Source of the DNA: Blastocatellia bacterium | Lineage (GTDB): Bacteria; Acidobacteriota; Blastocatellia; HR10 | DNA length: 64,000 bases | Assembly: GCA_035573895.1 (NCBI GenBank) | Contig: DATLZR010000013.1 | Location: 699-64,698 of the forward strand | Reading direction: 5' to 3' | Shown: positions 37,099 to 46,908 of the stretch, one piece after another | How the letters are laid out: every line of letters begins with the position of its first letter | Numbering within the stretch: position 1 is the stretch's first letter | Made by a program: the position numbers and the translations under genes | The notes under the pieces: generated by a model | Seen by the model: the letters and a program-made list of their open reading frames with translations, nothing else | Database searches by the model: none | What the model was told of the DNA's origin: nothing

Positions 37099-37908
37099 CT
37101 ATGACCCCGGATAGAGTTTTTTCATCAGTCGGTCTTTGACGGCTGTGGCCTGAGTGAACGCGCGGTCGGCCTTCGTCCGCACGGGATCGAAGCGGAATGT
37201 GTGCCATTCGATCCGGGCGCTCTTCAACTCGCCTCGCGCCTGGTCCAGTTGCTTCTGCTCGTCGGTCACGGTCACGCGTTGACTCTGGGCGGCTTCGATC
37301 AATCGGTCGGCCCAGATCATGACGGCGTTGGCCCGGCTGAGGGCGAGCATGACTTCTTCCGCTTGTTTGACCAGTTCGGGTCGAGGCGGCATGAGCCCAT
37401 CCTGTGAGTTATGGCAGGTGGCGCAGAGAGCTGCCGCTTCCTGCGGGCTTCTCACGGTGGAGTTGGCCATCTGACGATGGCAGGTCGTGCAGGTGGGGCC
37501 GATCTCGGCGATGCCGAGTTTCAACTGGTGGGCGCTTGCGGCCAATGCGCTGCGAATCTCCGCGTGGCACCGGCCGCAGGTCTCCGGTTGGTTCCTCCCA
37601 TGAGTCCGACTGGCCGGATCCGACGAAGGAAGCATTCCCGCATGAGCCTGTTTGGCCTCGGCGCGGCTGGGATCGCCGCCATGACAGGCTTCGCAACCGA
37701 CGCCCTTTTCCTTGTGAACCGAAAGGTGCCAATCGTAGTAGCGTTGACTGACGACGATCGGGGCTGTGATATTTCGATGGCAGGTGACGCAGCTATTGTT
37801 CTCCAGTGCTTTTGACTCCTGGCTCGGGGTGACGAACATGGAGACCGAGCCGATAGTCATCGCGCTCGCTCCCACACAGAGAAGGGTGATCGGGATGAGG
37901 GGTTTCAT
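37099..37908 (-). CDS. Pentahaem c-type cytochrome, secreted.
   Basis: Signal peptide. Five CxxCH motifs: CVTCH, CEACH, CGRCH, CTTCH, CATCH. Confidence 0.85.
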   Translation of the reverse strand: MKPLIPITLLCVGASAMTIGSVSMFVTPSQESKALENNSCVTCHRNITAPIVVSQRYYDWHLSVHKEKGVGCEACHGGDPSRAEAKQAHAGMLPSSDPASRTHGRNQPETCGRCHAEIRSALAASAHQLKLGIAEIGPTCTTCHRQMANSTVRSPQEAAALCATCHNSQDGLMPPRPELVKQAEEVMLALSRANAVMIWADRLIEAAQSQRVTVTDEQKQLDQARGELKSARIEWHTFRFDPVRTKADRAFTQATAVKDRLMKKLYPGS

Positions 37909-39203
37909 AATCCGAGCCTCCTTTCGCGAGCGGCGCGAAGCAATTCCTCGCGGAACTGCGGATGGGCGATGCGAATGAGCGCCTCCGCCCGCTCGCGCAG
38001 ATTCTTGCCGTGCAAATAGGCGATGCCGTACTCGGTGACGACATAATGGACATCGGCCCGCGTGGTGACCACACCGGCGCCGGGCCGCAGCACGGGAACA
38101 ATGCGGGAGACGGTGCCGCCGCGCGCCGTTGACGGCAGCGCGATGATGGGTTTGCCCCCGCGCGACCGCGCCGCTCCCCGAATGAAATCTACCTGGCCGC
38201 CCACGCCGGAATAGATCATCGTCCCGATGGAATCGGCGCAGACCTGACCGGTGAGATCCACCTCGATGGCGGAATTCACCGCCACCATCTTGTCGTTCTG
38301 GGCGATGACAAATGGATCATTGGTGTAGTTGGCCGGATGGAACTCGAACAGGGGGTTGTTGTGGAGGTATTCGTAGAGGCGACGGCTGCCCAGGGCAAAT
38401 GTGCAGACGACCTTGCGGGGATGGAGCGTCTTCCGCGCGCCGGTGATGATGCCGGCCTCGATGGCTTCCATGACGCCGTCGGAGATCATCTCGGTATGGA
38501 TGCCGAGATCCCTTTTCCCCTGCAGCGACGCGAGCACGGCATCGGGGATACCGCCGATGCCCAGTTGCAATGTGGAGCCATCCTCGATGAGTTCGGCGAT
38601 GTACTCACCGATCTTTCGCTCGACCTCGGTCATGCCCGACCGCTCCAGCTCCGGCAGGTCGCAGGAGACTTCCACGATACGGCTCACCCTGGAGACGTGG
38701 ACATAGCAGTCGCCCATGGTGCGAGGCATCCGGTCGTTGACCTGAGCGATGACGGTCCGCGCGGCGGTGATGGCCGCCATCGTCATGAGGCATTCGACGC
38801 CCAGACTCAAAAAGCCGTGCTCATCGGGCGGGCTCGTCTGGATCAAGGCCACATCGAGCGGCATCTGACCCGACAGGAAGAGTTCGGGAATTTCGTGCAG
38901 AAAGATGGGAACGTAATCGGCGCGACCCTCGTTGACGGCGGCCCGATCCGCTGGCCCGACGAAGAGGGAATTGAGCCGGAAGTGTTCCTCCATGCCGGGT
39001 TGGGACAGCGGATCGTTGCCCAGCAGCAAGGCCGACGTGACCGAGATGCCGCGGAGTTCATCCCTTCGCGCAGCCAGAGCCGAGAGCAACACATAGGGCG
39101 TGGCCGCATTCCCGCTGACATAGAGACGATTGCCCGAGGTGATGACCGAGACGGCCTCCTCGGCCGTCACGCGCTTCCGTTGATAGTCGTTCCACCAATT
39201 CAT
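37905..39203 (-). CDS. Acetyl-CoA hydrolase/transferase family protein (4-hydroxybutyrate/butyryl-CoA:acetate CoA-transferase-like).
   Basis: MNWWNDYQRKRVTAEEAVSVITSGNRLYVSGNAATP... and C-terminal GGQVDFIRGAARSRGGKPIIALPST...ADVHYVVTEYG family signature. ATG at 39203. Overlaps the ald stop. Confidence 0.85.
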   Translation of the reverse strand: MNWWNDYQRKRVTAEEAVSVITSGNRLYVSGNAATPYVLLSALAARRDELRGISVTSALLLGNDPLSQPGMEEHFRLNSLFVGPADRAAVNEGRADYVPIFLHEIPELFLSGQMPLDVALIQTSPPDEHGFLSLGVECLMTMAAITAARTVIAQVNDRMPRTMGDCYVHVSRVSRIVEVSCDLPELERSGMTEVERKIGEYIAELIEDGSTLQLGIGGIPDAVLASLQGKRDLGIHTEMISDGVMEAIEAGIITGARKTLHPRKVVCTFALGSRRLYEYLHNNPLFEFHPANYTNDPFVIAQNDKMVAVNSAIEVDLTGQVCADSIGTMIYSGVGGQVDFIRGAARSRGGKPIIALPSTARGGTVSRIVPVLRPGAGVVTTRADVHYVVTEYGIAYLHGKNLRERAEALIRIAHPQFREELLRAARERRLGL

Positions 39204-39204
39204 C

Positions 39205-40338
39205 TCAAGGCATCTCCTGAACCATTTGCTCCAGATCGGCCGCAGGCACGCCGGCGAGTCCCAGGCTGGCGGAGATCGTTCCCTCCAGAGCATAGAGGCC
39301 GCGCCGGAGCGCCGCATCCGTTTTCAGGGCCGCCGGCAGGCCGCGCCCGACGATCTCCGACAGATACGGCAACAGCGCATTGGTCAGCGCATGAGACGAC
39401 GTCCGAGCCACCATCGCGGGAACATTGGGAGCGCAAAAATGGATCACCCCGTGAGCCGTGAAAAGGAAGTCCTCGTGAGGCGTCAGAGTGGACGTCTCCA
39501 CGCATCCGCCCTGATCAATGGAGAAATCCATGATGATGCTCCCCGGTCGCATCCGCTTGACCATGTCGGCTGTCACCAGCACGGGAGCCCGCTGACCGGG
39601 GACGAGAACGGCTCCGATGAGGACATCGGCGAACGTGACGAACTTCTCGATGTTATTTCTCGTCGCCAGGGCGGTGACGACGCGCCCACCGAAGGCGGCG
39701 TCAATCTTCATCAACTGGGTGATCTCCTTGTCGAGGACATAGACGTTGGCCCCGACACCCAGGAAAGCGCGCGCCGCGTAGTAGCCGAGCGTCCCGGCGC
39801 CGAGGATGACGACGTCGGCGGGTGGGATGCCGGGAATGCCTCCGAGAAGCACGCCGCGCCCACCGTGGGTCGTCTCCAGCAGCCGCCCGGCGATTTGAAC
39901 GGCCATGAGTCCCGCGATCTCGCTCGATGCGCGAAGGATGGGAAGCGATCCGTCATCCCGACGAACGATCTCGAACCCGATGGCCGTCATGCGCCGCTCG
40001 ACGAGCATCTCGATGAACTCCCTGGGCGCCACCGCCAGGTGGAGAAAGGCCATGAGTGCCGTCGCCGGATTGAACAATCCCCACTCCGAAACATCGGGGC
40101 GTTGAACCTTGACCACAAGATCGGCCCGGCGAAAAGCCTCCTCGTGAGAGTAGACAATTCGGGCTCCGGCCGCGCGATACTCCTCGTCGCTGAATCCCGC
40201 ACCCGCACCCGCGCCCGATTCAACCACCACTTCGGCTCCGAGACCTCTCAGATCGCGCACGCCGGCAGGTGAGAGACTGACGCGCTTTTCCTCGACTCCT
40301 TTCATCACCGGAGCTTCTTTGGGAATGCCGATGATCAT
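39205..40338 (-). CDS. ald: Alanine dehydrogenase.
   Basis: MIIGIPKEAPVMKGVEEKRVSL..., NAD-binding VVILGAGTLGYYAA. ATG at 40338 is preceded by AGGAGG. Confidence 0.88.
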   Translation of the reverse strand: MIIGIPKEAPVMKGVEEKRVSLSPAGVRDLRGLGAEVVVESGAGAGAGFSDEEYRAAGARIVYSHEEAFRRADLVVKVQRPDVSEWGLFNPATALMAFLHLAVAPREFIEMLVERRMTAIGFEIVRRDDGSLPILRASSEIAGLMAVQIAGRLLETTHGGRGVLLGGIPGIPPADVVILGAGTLGYYAARAFLGVGANVYVLDKEITQLMKIDAAFGGRVVTALATRNNIEKFVTFADVLIGAVLVPGQRAPVLVTADMVKRMRPGSIIMDFSIDQGGCVETSTLTPHEDFLFTAHGVIHFCAPNVPAMVARTSSHALTNALLPYLSEIVGRGLPAALKTDAALRRGLYALEGTISASLGLAGVPAADLEQMVQEMP

Positions 40339-40495
40339 GCGTCCTCCTGAGAAAAGGGCCACAGATCTCACACAGTGGCACCGATTTTTCAGCTCGATTG
40401 TTTATTCCCTGAAGCCACAAATGGAGGAGATTCGCACCGATTCCTCTCGCTCGGTAAAATCGGTGGAACCTGCGGCTCCATCTCCTCGGAAAAAA

Positions 40496-40580
40496 GGGCA
40501 CGGGCTTTCCAGCCCACGCCCTGTCGCGGACGGAAAAGTCTACTTTTCGTCATTTCCGGGCGGAAGTCCCGCTCCATGAG
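40496..40580 (+). repeat. Dispersed double-hairpin repeat, locus C: single degenerate unit.
   Basis: gggctttccagccc ... cgcggacggaaaagtctac. Intergenic between ald and ptb. Confidence 0.6.
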
Positions 40581-40597
40581 TCGCTCCTCCGACGTTC

Positions 40598-41557
40598 TCA
40601 CGCCGTCTGTGTCGGTCGCGGTGGGCTTTCGGGCGACGGGGATACTCCTTCCCTCGCGCGCATCAGAAGACCGAGCGCGATGGAGAGAAATTTCGCCTCG
40701 GCGCTATCGGATCGCGAAGGGATGAGCACCGGAACGGAAGCTCCCACCGTGACGTGGGCCAGACGGAAGCGGGCGAAGTAGACTGTGCTTTTCGCCAGGA
40801 CATTGGCGACTTCGATATTTGGCGCCACGAGGATGTCGGCGCGCCCGACGACGGGCGAACTGATCCCCTTCGCCTCAGCCGCTTCGGGCGCTACGGCCAG
40901 ATCGAGCGCCAGCGGACCCTCGATGAGACAGCCGGGGATTTGTCCCCGCTCGTTCATCTTCGAGATCACCGCCGCTTCCAGCGTGGAAGGTATCGCGGGG
41001 GTGACTTTCTCTGTCGCCGAGAGAAGAGCGACCCTGGGCATCTCCCAGCCGAGCACCTGAGCGACGCGCACGGCATTGCGGATGATCTCGATCTTTTCGG
41101 CCAGACCGGGACTGACGTTGATTCCTCCATCGGTGATCATCATCAACCGATTGGGCTGTCGGGCGGGATTCTCGAAGAGGAAGACATCGCTCAAAAGCTG
41201 ACCGGTGCGGAGGCCGCTTGTCGAGTCCAGGACGGCCCGCATCACGGTGGCCGTATCAACCGAACCTTTGAGGAGAATGTCCCCCTGTCCGGCGCGGATC
41301 CGGGCGACGGCCTCGCGGGCGATCTCGGCGTCATCGGAGCAATCGAGGATGGGGAGATCGGCCTTGAGCGAGCGAAGCAGCGGATGAATCCGATCCCGCC
41401 GACCGACGACGAGAGTCTCGGTCCGGAACTCGGCGGCAGCGGCGATGACCGCTTCGAGCGCGGCGCGATTGTCGCCGCCGGCAACGACGATTCTCTTGCC
41501 GGGGATGAGACGGGCGTGCTCGACCATCTCATCAAAGCTGTAAATCGCCGATGTCAT
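40598..41557 (-). CDS. ptb: Phosphate butyryl/acetyltransferase.
   Basis: Pta/Ptb family, full length (LIPGKRIVVAGGDN...GSVDTATVMRAVLD...ADILVAPNIEVANVLAKS). Located next to a butyrate-kinase-like gene. Confidence 0.85.
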   Translation of the reverse strand: MTSAIYSFDEMVEHARLIPGKRIVVAGGDNRAALEAVIAAAAEFRTETLVVGRRDRIHPLLRSLKADLPILDCSDDAEIAREAVARIRAGQGDILLKGSVDTATVMRAVLDSTSGLRTGQLLSDVFLFENPARQPNRLMMITDGGINVSPGLAEKIEIIRNAVRVAQVLGWEMPRVALLSATEKVTPAIPSTLEAAVISKMNERGQIPGCLIEGPLALDLAVAPEAAEAKGISSPVVGRADILVAPNIEVANVLAKSTVYFARFRLAHVTVGASVPVLIPSRSDSAEAKFLSIALGLLMRAREGVSPSPESPPRPTQTA

Positions 41558-41647
41558 CGCTTCGTCCTCCCGATTCCCGGAAGGAATCCTGCGATACTGT
41601 TGTGATCGAGGCGGATCGGACGGATGCGCATGGCTCCCACTCCCTCA

Positions 41648-42724
41648 TCAGACGTATTCTTTGGCCGTTTCCTCGCCCATCAGGACGCGGCGGGCGCCAG
41701 CGGCCAAAGCCCGCATCTCCATGTCTTCACTGAGGACGATCACCGGGGCGATGAACTCCACGCGCTGTCGAATCCATCGGACCAGCAGGTCTGACCGGCT
41801 CAGTCCCCCGGTGAGGAGAATCGCATCCACCCGACCGTTGAGCACCGCGGCCATGGCCCCGATTTCTTTGGCGATCTGGTAGGCCATCGCTTCATAGACC
41901 TGAGCGGCGTAGGTATCTCCTTGAGCGATGCGCTTTTCGACTGCCGTGGCATCGGTGATTCCCAGATAGGCCACCAATCCGCCCTGGCCCATCACCATAC
42001 GGCGCATTTCGCTTTCGGTCACGCGCCCGGAGAAGCAGAGCGTGATGACGGGCTGAAGCGGCAGACCGCCGGTTCGTTCCGGCGAGAACGGTCCCTCGCT
42101 GGAAGCATCATTGGCATCAATGATGCGTCCGCTCCTGACCGCACAGACGGATATTCCTCCACCCAGGTGACCGACGATGAAGCGTGTTTGTTCCAGAGGC
42201 CGACCGAGGCGATGGGCTGCATCGCGGGCGATGGCATGAACGCTGAGCGCGTGGGTGAGGCTCCGTCGGGGAATCTGCGGATGGCCCGACAGTCGTGCGA
42301 GCGGCTCGAACTCGTCCACCGAGACGGGATCCACGACAAAGGCGGGGACGTCGGCCCGACGGGCTACCTCCCAGGCCAGGGCGCAGCCGAGATTGGCCGC
42401 GTGCTGGCCTTGAATGCCCCGCCGCGCGTCTTCCAGCATGCGCTCGGTGACACGATAGACACCGCCGTCAACCGGTTTGAGCAAGCCGCCGCGACCGACA
42501 ACCGCATCGAGATCCATGACCGAGCACGTCCACTCGGCGAGGGCATCCCACACAAAGGCGAGACGAAACTCCAATTGATCCCAGAGAGTGGCGAACCGAT
42601 TCAACTCCTCCGGCGGATGACGCACCGTCTTGTCCTGACGTGGCCGCTCGCCGTCAAACAGCCCCACGCGCGTGGACGTGGAGCCGGGATTGATGACGAG
42701 AATGAGAGGTTCTTTTGCGGCCAT
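41648..42724 (-). CDS. buk: Butyrate kinase / branched-chain fatty acid kinase (acetate kinase family).
   Basis: LILVINPGSTSTRVGLF...IVGHLGGGISVCAV...LTGGLSRSDLLVRWI. ATG at 42724. The track M at 42739 is TTG. Confidence 0.85.
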   Translation of the reverse strand: MAAKEPLILVINPGSTSTRVGLFDGERPRQDKTVRHPPEELNRFATLWDQLEFRLAFVWDALAEWTCSVMDLDAVVGRGGLLKPVDGGVYRVTERMLEDARRGIQGQHAANLGCALAWEVARRADVPAFVVDPVSVDEFEPLARLSGHPQIPRRSLTHALSVHAIARDAAHRLGRPLEQTRFIVGHLGGGISVCAVRSGRIIDANDASSEGPFSPERTGGLPLQPVITLCFSGRVTESEMRRMVMGQGGLVAYLGITDATAVEKRIAQGDTYAAQVYEAMAYQIAKEIGAMAAVLNGRVDAILLTGGLSRSDLLVRWIRQRVEFIAPVIVLSEDMEMRALAAGARRVLMGEETAKEYV

Positions 42725-42740
42725 GGTCGTCTGGGTCAAG

Positions 42741-44174
42741 TCAGGCGGCTTGTTTCAAATAAGCGTCAATAGCCCGGGCGGCATCGCGCCCATCTTTGAT
42801 GGCGGTGACAACCAGATCGGCTCCGCGCACGCAATCGCCGCCGGCGAAAACACCCGGCCAGGACGTCATCTTCTGGTCGTTCACCTCATAGGTCTTCCAG
42901 GGGGTCAGGGCCAATCGTTTTTGATCATCTCCGGGAACGGGCGAACCTTCAAATCCGAAGGCCAGGATGACGAAGTCGGTCTCGATCTCAAAATTACTGC
43001 CGGGAATGGGGATGGGCTTACGTCGGCCATCCACATCGGGTTCGCCGAGTTCCATGCGGATGCACTCGATTTTGCAGACGCGCCCCTGGGCATCGCCGAT
43101 GAAGCGCACCGGTGCGGTGTAGAAATGAAACTCCACGCCCTCTTCGCGGGCGCGTTGCACCTCGGCGCGGCTTCCCGGCATATTTTCCTCATCGCGCCGA
43201 TAGACGCAGATGACGCGGGCTGCCCCCAGGCGAACGGCCGTGCGCAAACAGTCCATCGCCGTATCGCCCCCGCCGAGAACGGTCACTTTTTTCCCGCGCA
43301 AATCATCCTTCTTCCATTGCCCGGGCGGCAGGTACGTCTCATCCAAATTATTGCGGATGAGAAACGGCAATGCCTCGCACACACCCTCCAGCTCCATTCC
43401 CGGCAGGCGTGGATTCTTCGCTTCCTGAGCGCCGGTGCCGAGAAAGACGGCGTGAAATCCCTGCTCGAAGAGATCACTCAGGGTGAGGTCCTTGCCGATG
43501 CGGGTCGAGCAGACGAATTTCACGCCCAGGCTCTCCAGATAACGGATGCGCCGCTCGACCACCCATTTTTCGAGTTTGAATCCGGGGATACCGTAGATGA
43601 GCAATCCGCCCGGTTGCGGCCAGGCTTCAAAGACGACGACGTCGTGGCCCTGTTTGACCAGTTCCTCGGCGCAGGCCAATCCCGCCGGACCCGATCCGAC
43701 GACGGCGACGCGCTTGCCCGTCGGCGGAGCGATGGGGGGCCGGGGAAGTCCCTCCTGGCGGAAGGCATACTCGTTGATGAAGCGTTCAATTGCGCCGATG
43801 GCGACCGGATCGTGCTTTTTGCCGAGCACGCAGGCTCCCTCGCACAACCGATCCTGCGGGCAGATGCGCCCGCAAATCTCCGGCATATTGCTGGTGGATT
43901 GCGAGAGGTGGGCGGCTTCGAGGAATTTCCCCTCGGCCGTGAGGATGAGCCAATCACGAATACGATTGTGAAGGGGGCAGGCGGCTTCGCAGGCCGGATT
44001 CTTGCAACCGATACACCGCTGCGCTTCAAGTTGCGCCGTCACGGGGTCATATTCGATGTAGACCTCGCGGAAATCGCGCACCCGTTCGGCGACCGGACGT
44101 TTCTCCGGATCGAGTCGGGGCCACTCGGTTTTTTTCTTCCCCTCGCGCTCGCGCAGGACATCGGTCAGCATCAT
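42741..44174 (-). CDS. GltD/NfnB-family FAD/NAD(P)H oxidoreductase with N-terminal 2x[4Fe-4S] (glutamate synthase small-subunit-like).
   Basis: CIGCKNPACEAACP and CGRICPQDRLCEGAC clusters. VAVVGSGPAGLACA and VTVLGGGDTAMDC dinucleotide folds. ATG at 44174. Confidence 0.8.
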   Translation of the reverse strand: MMLTDVLREREGKKKTEWPRLDPEKRPVAERVRDFREVYIEYDPVTAQLEAQRCIGCKNPACEAACPLHNRIRDWLILTAEGKFLEAAHLSQSTSNMPEICGRICPQDRLCEGACVLGKKHDPVAIGAIERFINEYAFRQEGLPRPPIAPPTGKRVAVVGSGPAGLACAEELVKQGHDVVVFEAWPQPGGLLIYGIPGFKLEKWVVERRIRYLESLGVKFVCSTRIGKDLTLSDLFEQGFHAVFLGTGAQEAKNPRLPGMELEGVCEALPFLIRNNLDETYLPPGQWKKDDLRGKKVTVLGGGDTAMDCLRTAVRLGAARVICVYRRDEENMPGSRAEVQRAREEGVEFHFYTAPVRFIGDAQGRVCKIECIRMELGEPDVDGRRKPIPIPGSNFEIETDFVILAFGFEGSPVPGDDQKRLALTPWKTYEVNDQKMTSWPGVFAGGDCVRGADLVVTAIKDGRDAARAIDAYLKQAA

Positions 44175-44202
44175 GGCTTTTCCTCCCAATGGATGTGTGA
44201 GA

Positions 44203-45339
44203 TCACAGTCTTGGCGGTTCGACCGGTCGCACCCCGGCATTGGCGCGCTCCCAGCGATAGCGTCGGAGCGGGCCTCCCGTGTAGACGCCTTTGAGGTGAC
44301 GGACCATGGCGATGCGCTCCTCCACCATGCGGTCGGCAGCTTCATGAGTGGGAATCCCCCGCTCGCGGGCAATCTGAAAAACTTTCCTCAAGTTGTAGAA
44401 GATTCCCCGCGTCATCCGCAGCGCCCGCCGACGATCATAGCCTTCAAGCTCGACCGAGACGTTGATGAGGCCACCGGCATTGATGACGTAATCGGGAGCG
44501 TAGAGAATTCCCCGCTCATGCAACGCCAGGCCGTGCCGATCCTCTTCCAGTTGGTTGTTAGCAGCGCCGGCGACGATCTGACAGCGCAAGCGCGGGATCG
44601 TGCGGTCGTTGAGGATTGCGCCCAGCGCACAGGGGGCGAAGATTTCCGCCGGGACATCGTAAATTTCCTCCGGCGGAACGATCTCCACTTTCAGCTCCGT
44701 CCGTGCCCGCTCGGTTTTCTCCGGGTCAATGTCGGCGCCGATGAGGCGAACGCCTTCGCGGCTGAGGAGCTGGGCCAGATGAAAACCGACGCTCCCCAGA
44801 CCCTGAATGGCCACGGTCAATCCCTGAAACGAATCGGTGCCGAATTTCTCCAGCAGACACGCTTTCATTCCCTGGACGACGCCGAACGCCGTCACCGGAG
44901 CGGGATCTCCGCCACCGCCATGAGCGGGAGACAATCCGCAGACGTAGTCGGTCTCCATGTACATGTACTCGACATCGTTGACATCAATGCCCACGTCTTC
45001 GCCAGTGATGAAGCGCCCGCCCAGGCTTTGCACAAATCGCCCGAAGGCACGAAAGAGCGCTTCCGATTTATCCGTTTTGGGATTGCCGATGATGACCGCC
45101 TTGCCGCCGCCCAGGTTGAGTCCCGCTGCCGCCGCCTTGTAGGTCATTCCCCGCGACAGTCGCAAGGCATCAATGAGAGCGTCCTCATCGGTCGCGTACG
45201 GCCACATGCGGGTCCCCCCAAGCGCCGGTCCCAGGGTCGTATCGTGAATGGCGATGATCGCCCGTAATCCGACGTCTTTATTCTGGCAGAAGATCACTTC
45301 CTCGTGACCGCCTTCTTCCATTCGGGAGAAGCAGTTCAT
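44203..45339 (-). CDS. Leucine/valine-type amino-acid dehydrogenase (Glu/Leu/Phe/Val DH family).
   Basis: KAIIAIHDTTLGPALGGTRMW...GGGKAVIIGNP...GLGSVGFHLAQ. Start at ATG 45339 or ATG 45321. Confidence 0.85.
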   Translation of the reverse strand: MNCFSRMEEGGHEEVIFCQNKDVGLRAIIAIHDTTLGPALGGTRMWPYATDEDALIDALRLSRGMTYKAAAAGLNLGGGKAVIIGNPKTDKSEALFRAFGRFVQSLGGRFITGEDVGIDVNDVEYMYMETDYVCGLSPAHGGGGDPAPVTAFGVVQGMKACLLEKFGTDSFQGLTVAIQGLGSVGFHLAQLLSREGVRLIGADIDPEKTERARTELKVEIVPPEEIYDVPAEIFAPCALGAILNDRTIPRLRCQIVAGAANNQLEEDRHGLALHERGILYAPDYVINAGGLINVSVELEGYDRRRALRMTRGIFYNLRKVFQIARERGIPTHEAADRMVEERIAMVRHLKGVYTGGPLRRYRWERANAGVRPVEPPRL

Positions 45340-45365
45340 CCTGTCACCTCCGGCGAAAAAATGGA

Positions 45366-45478
45366 GTCGCGCGGGTTTCCCCGCCTGTATCGCTTGGAGC
45401 GCAAGCTTTCCAGCCGGCGTTTCTCGCAGACTCGAAAATCTGCGCTACGTCGGCAGACTGAAAAGTCTGCGCTACGCT
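45366..45478 (+). repeat. Dispersed double-hairpin repeat, locus D.
   Basis: gcgcaagctttccagccggcgtttctcgcagactcgaaaatctgcgctacgtcggcagactgaaaagtctgcgctac. Intergenic between the amino-acid dehydrogenase and the OFOR gamma subunit. Confidence 0.75.
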
Positions 45479-46023
45479 GGGATTTGAGCTGCTCGGCCAT
45501 AGTCGTATCCGCTCTCGAACGCTTTCTGGTTCAGGGCGACAGCGGACGAGGGGAACGAGGTAGCCAGTGCTTGAGTCATCGCTTCCACCGTCGCTACCTG
45601 AGCGAGCGCCGTCAGGCAGCCGAGCATGACGACGTTGGCGACGATGCGATGCCCGAGCTGTTCGGCCAGGCGCGTGGCCGGAATGCGGAACAGGCGCACG
45701 TCGGGTCGCACCGGGTCCGGGACGACCAAATCCTCATCAATGAGCAACAGTCCCTCCGGTTTCAACTCAGCGGCAAACGTCGTGTAGGCTTCCTGCGACA
45801 TGGCGATGACGATGTCGGGTCGGGTGAGATAGGGATAGTGAATCGGTTCATCGGCGATGATCACCTGGGCGCTACAGGCGCTGCCCCGCGCTTCCGGCCC
45901 GTAGGACTGAACCAGAGTGGCATAGCGATGATCATAGAGCGCCGCCGCCTTGCCCACCAGATAGCCGGCCAGGATGACTCCCTGCCCGCCGAAACCGGAA
46001 ATTCTCACCTCGGTGTGGCTCAT
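45472..46023 (-). CDS. 2-oxoacid:ferredoxin oxidoreductase gamma subunit.
   Basis: MSHTEVRISGFGGQGVILAGYLVGKAA..., Por/Vor/Kor gamma family. Confidence 0.85.
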   Translation of the reverse strand: MSHTEVRISGFGGQGVILAGYLVGKAAALYDHRYATLVQSYGPEARGSACSAQVIIADEPIHYPYLTRPDIVIAMSQEAYTTFAAELKPEGLLLIDEDLVVPDPVRPDVRLFRIPATRLAEQLGHRIVANVVMLGCLTALAQVATVEAMTQALATSFPSSAVALNQKAFESGYDYGRAAQIPA

Positions 46024-46032
46024 CGCGTTCTG

Positions 46033-46908
46033 TTATCCCTCCACGGCTTCGATCTCGTCATGAACCTTCTCGACGTAGGGCTCGACCATGAAGGCGGCCA
46101 GTTGCCGACGCATCATCTGGTGGTAGGTTGGCCGCTCGCGATCCACGAACTTGCCAAGGATAATCTCACCTCGCACATCGAGTCCATCCTCATCGGGAAG
46201 AGTTCCATGAACGATCTTGCTGTGAGTCTTGAAGTACTTCATCATCTCCAGCGCATCGCCCAGCCGATTGCGGCGCAAATAGCCGGTCGGGCAGGGCGAA
46301 ATCACTTCGACGAAGCTGAATCCGGGTTTCATCACAGCTTCCTCCAGAGCCGTGATGAGGCGGCGAACGTGGAAGACGGTCCAGCGGGCGACGTAGACGG
46401 CACCGCTGGCGGCGGCCAGACGCGGCAGGTTGAACGGATACTCGAAGTTCCCGTAGGGGCTGGTGCTGCTTTTCGCCGCCAGCGGCGTCGTGGGCCCCAT
46501 CTGTCCGCCGGTCATGCCGTAGATGAAATTGTTGACGCAGACGACCGTCAGATCGAGATTGCGCCGGGCGGCATGGATGAAGTGATTGCCCCCGATGGCC
46601 GCCAGATCGCCGTCGCCGGTGAAGACGATGACCGTCAACCGGGGATTGGCCAGCTTCAACCCGGTGGCGAAGGGGATGGCCCGACCGTGGGTGGTGTGAA
46701 AGGCATCGAGCTTGACATAACTGGCGACGCGAGCCGAACAACCGATGCCCGACACGACGGCCACCTGATCGAGCGGCAGCTTCAGATTCTCCAGCGCCAG
46801 AAGCAGACTCTTCATCGCAATGCCGATGCCGCAGCCCGAACACCAAATATGCGGGAAGCGGTCGGTGCGCAGCAGATAATCGAGGGGATGTGCGAGCGTC
46901 TCACTCAT
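46033..46908 (-). CDS. 2-oxoacid:ferredoxin oxidoreductase beta subunit (TPP-binding).
   Basis: [47 protein letters not shown]. Confidence 0.85.
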   Translation of the reverse strand: MSETLAHPLDYLLRTDRFPHIWCSGCGIGIAMKSLLLALENLKLPLDQVAVVSGIGCSARVASYVKLDAFHTTHGRAIPFATGLKLANPRLTVIVFTGDGDLAAIGGNHFIHAARRNLDLTVVCVNNFIYGMTGGQMGPTTPLAAKSSTSPYGNFEYPFNLPRLAAASGAVYVARWTVFHVRRLITALEEAVMKPGFSFVEVISPCPTGYLRRNRLGDALEMMKYFKTHSKIVHGTLPDEDGLDVRGEIILGKFVDRERPTYHQMMRRQLAAFMVEPYVEKVHDEIEAVEG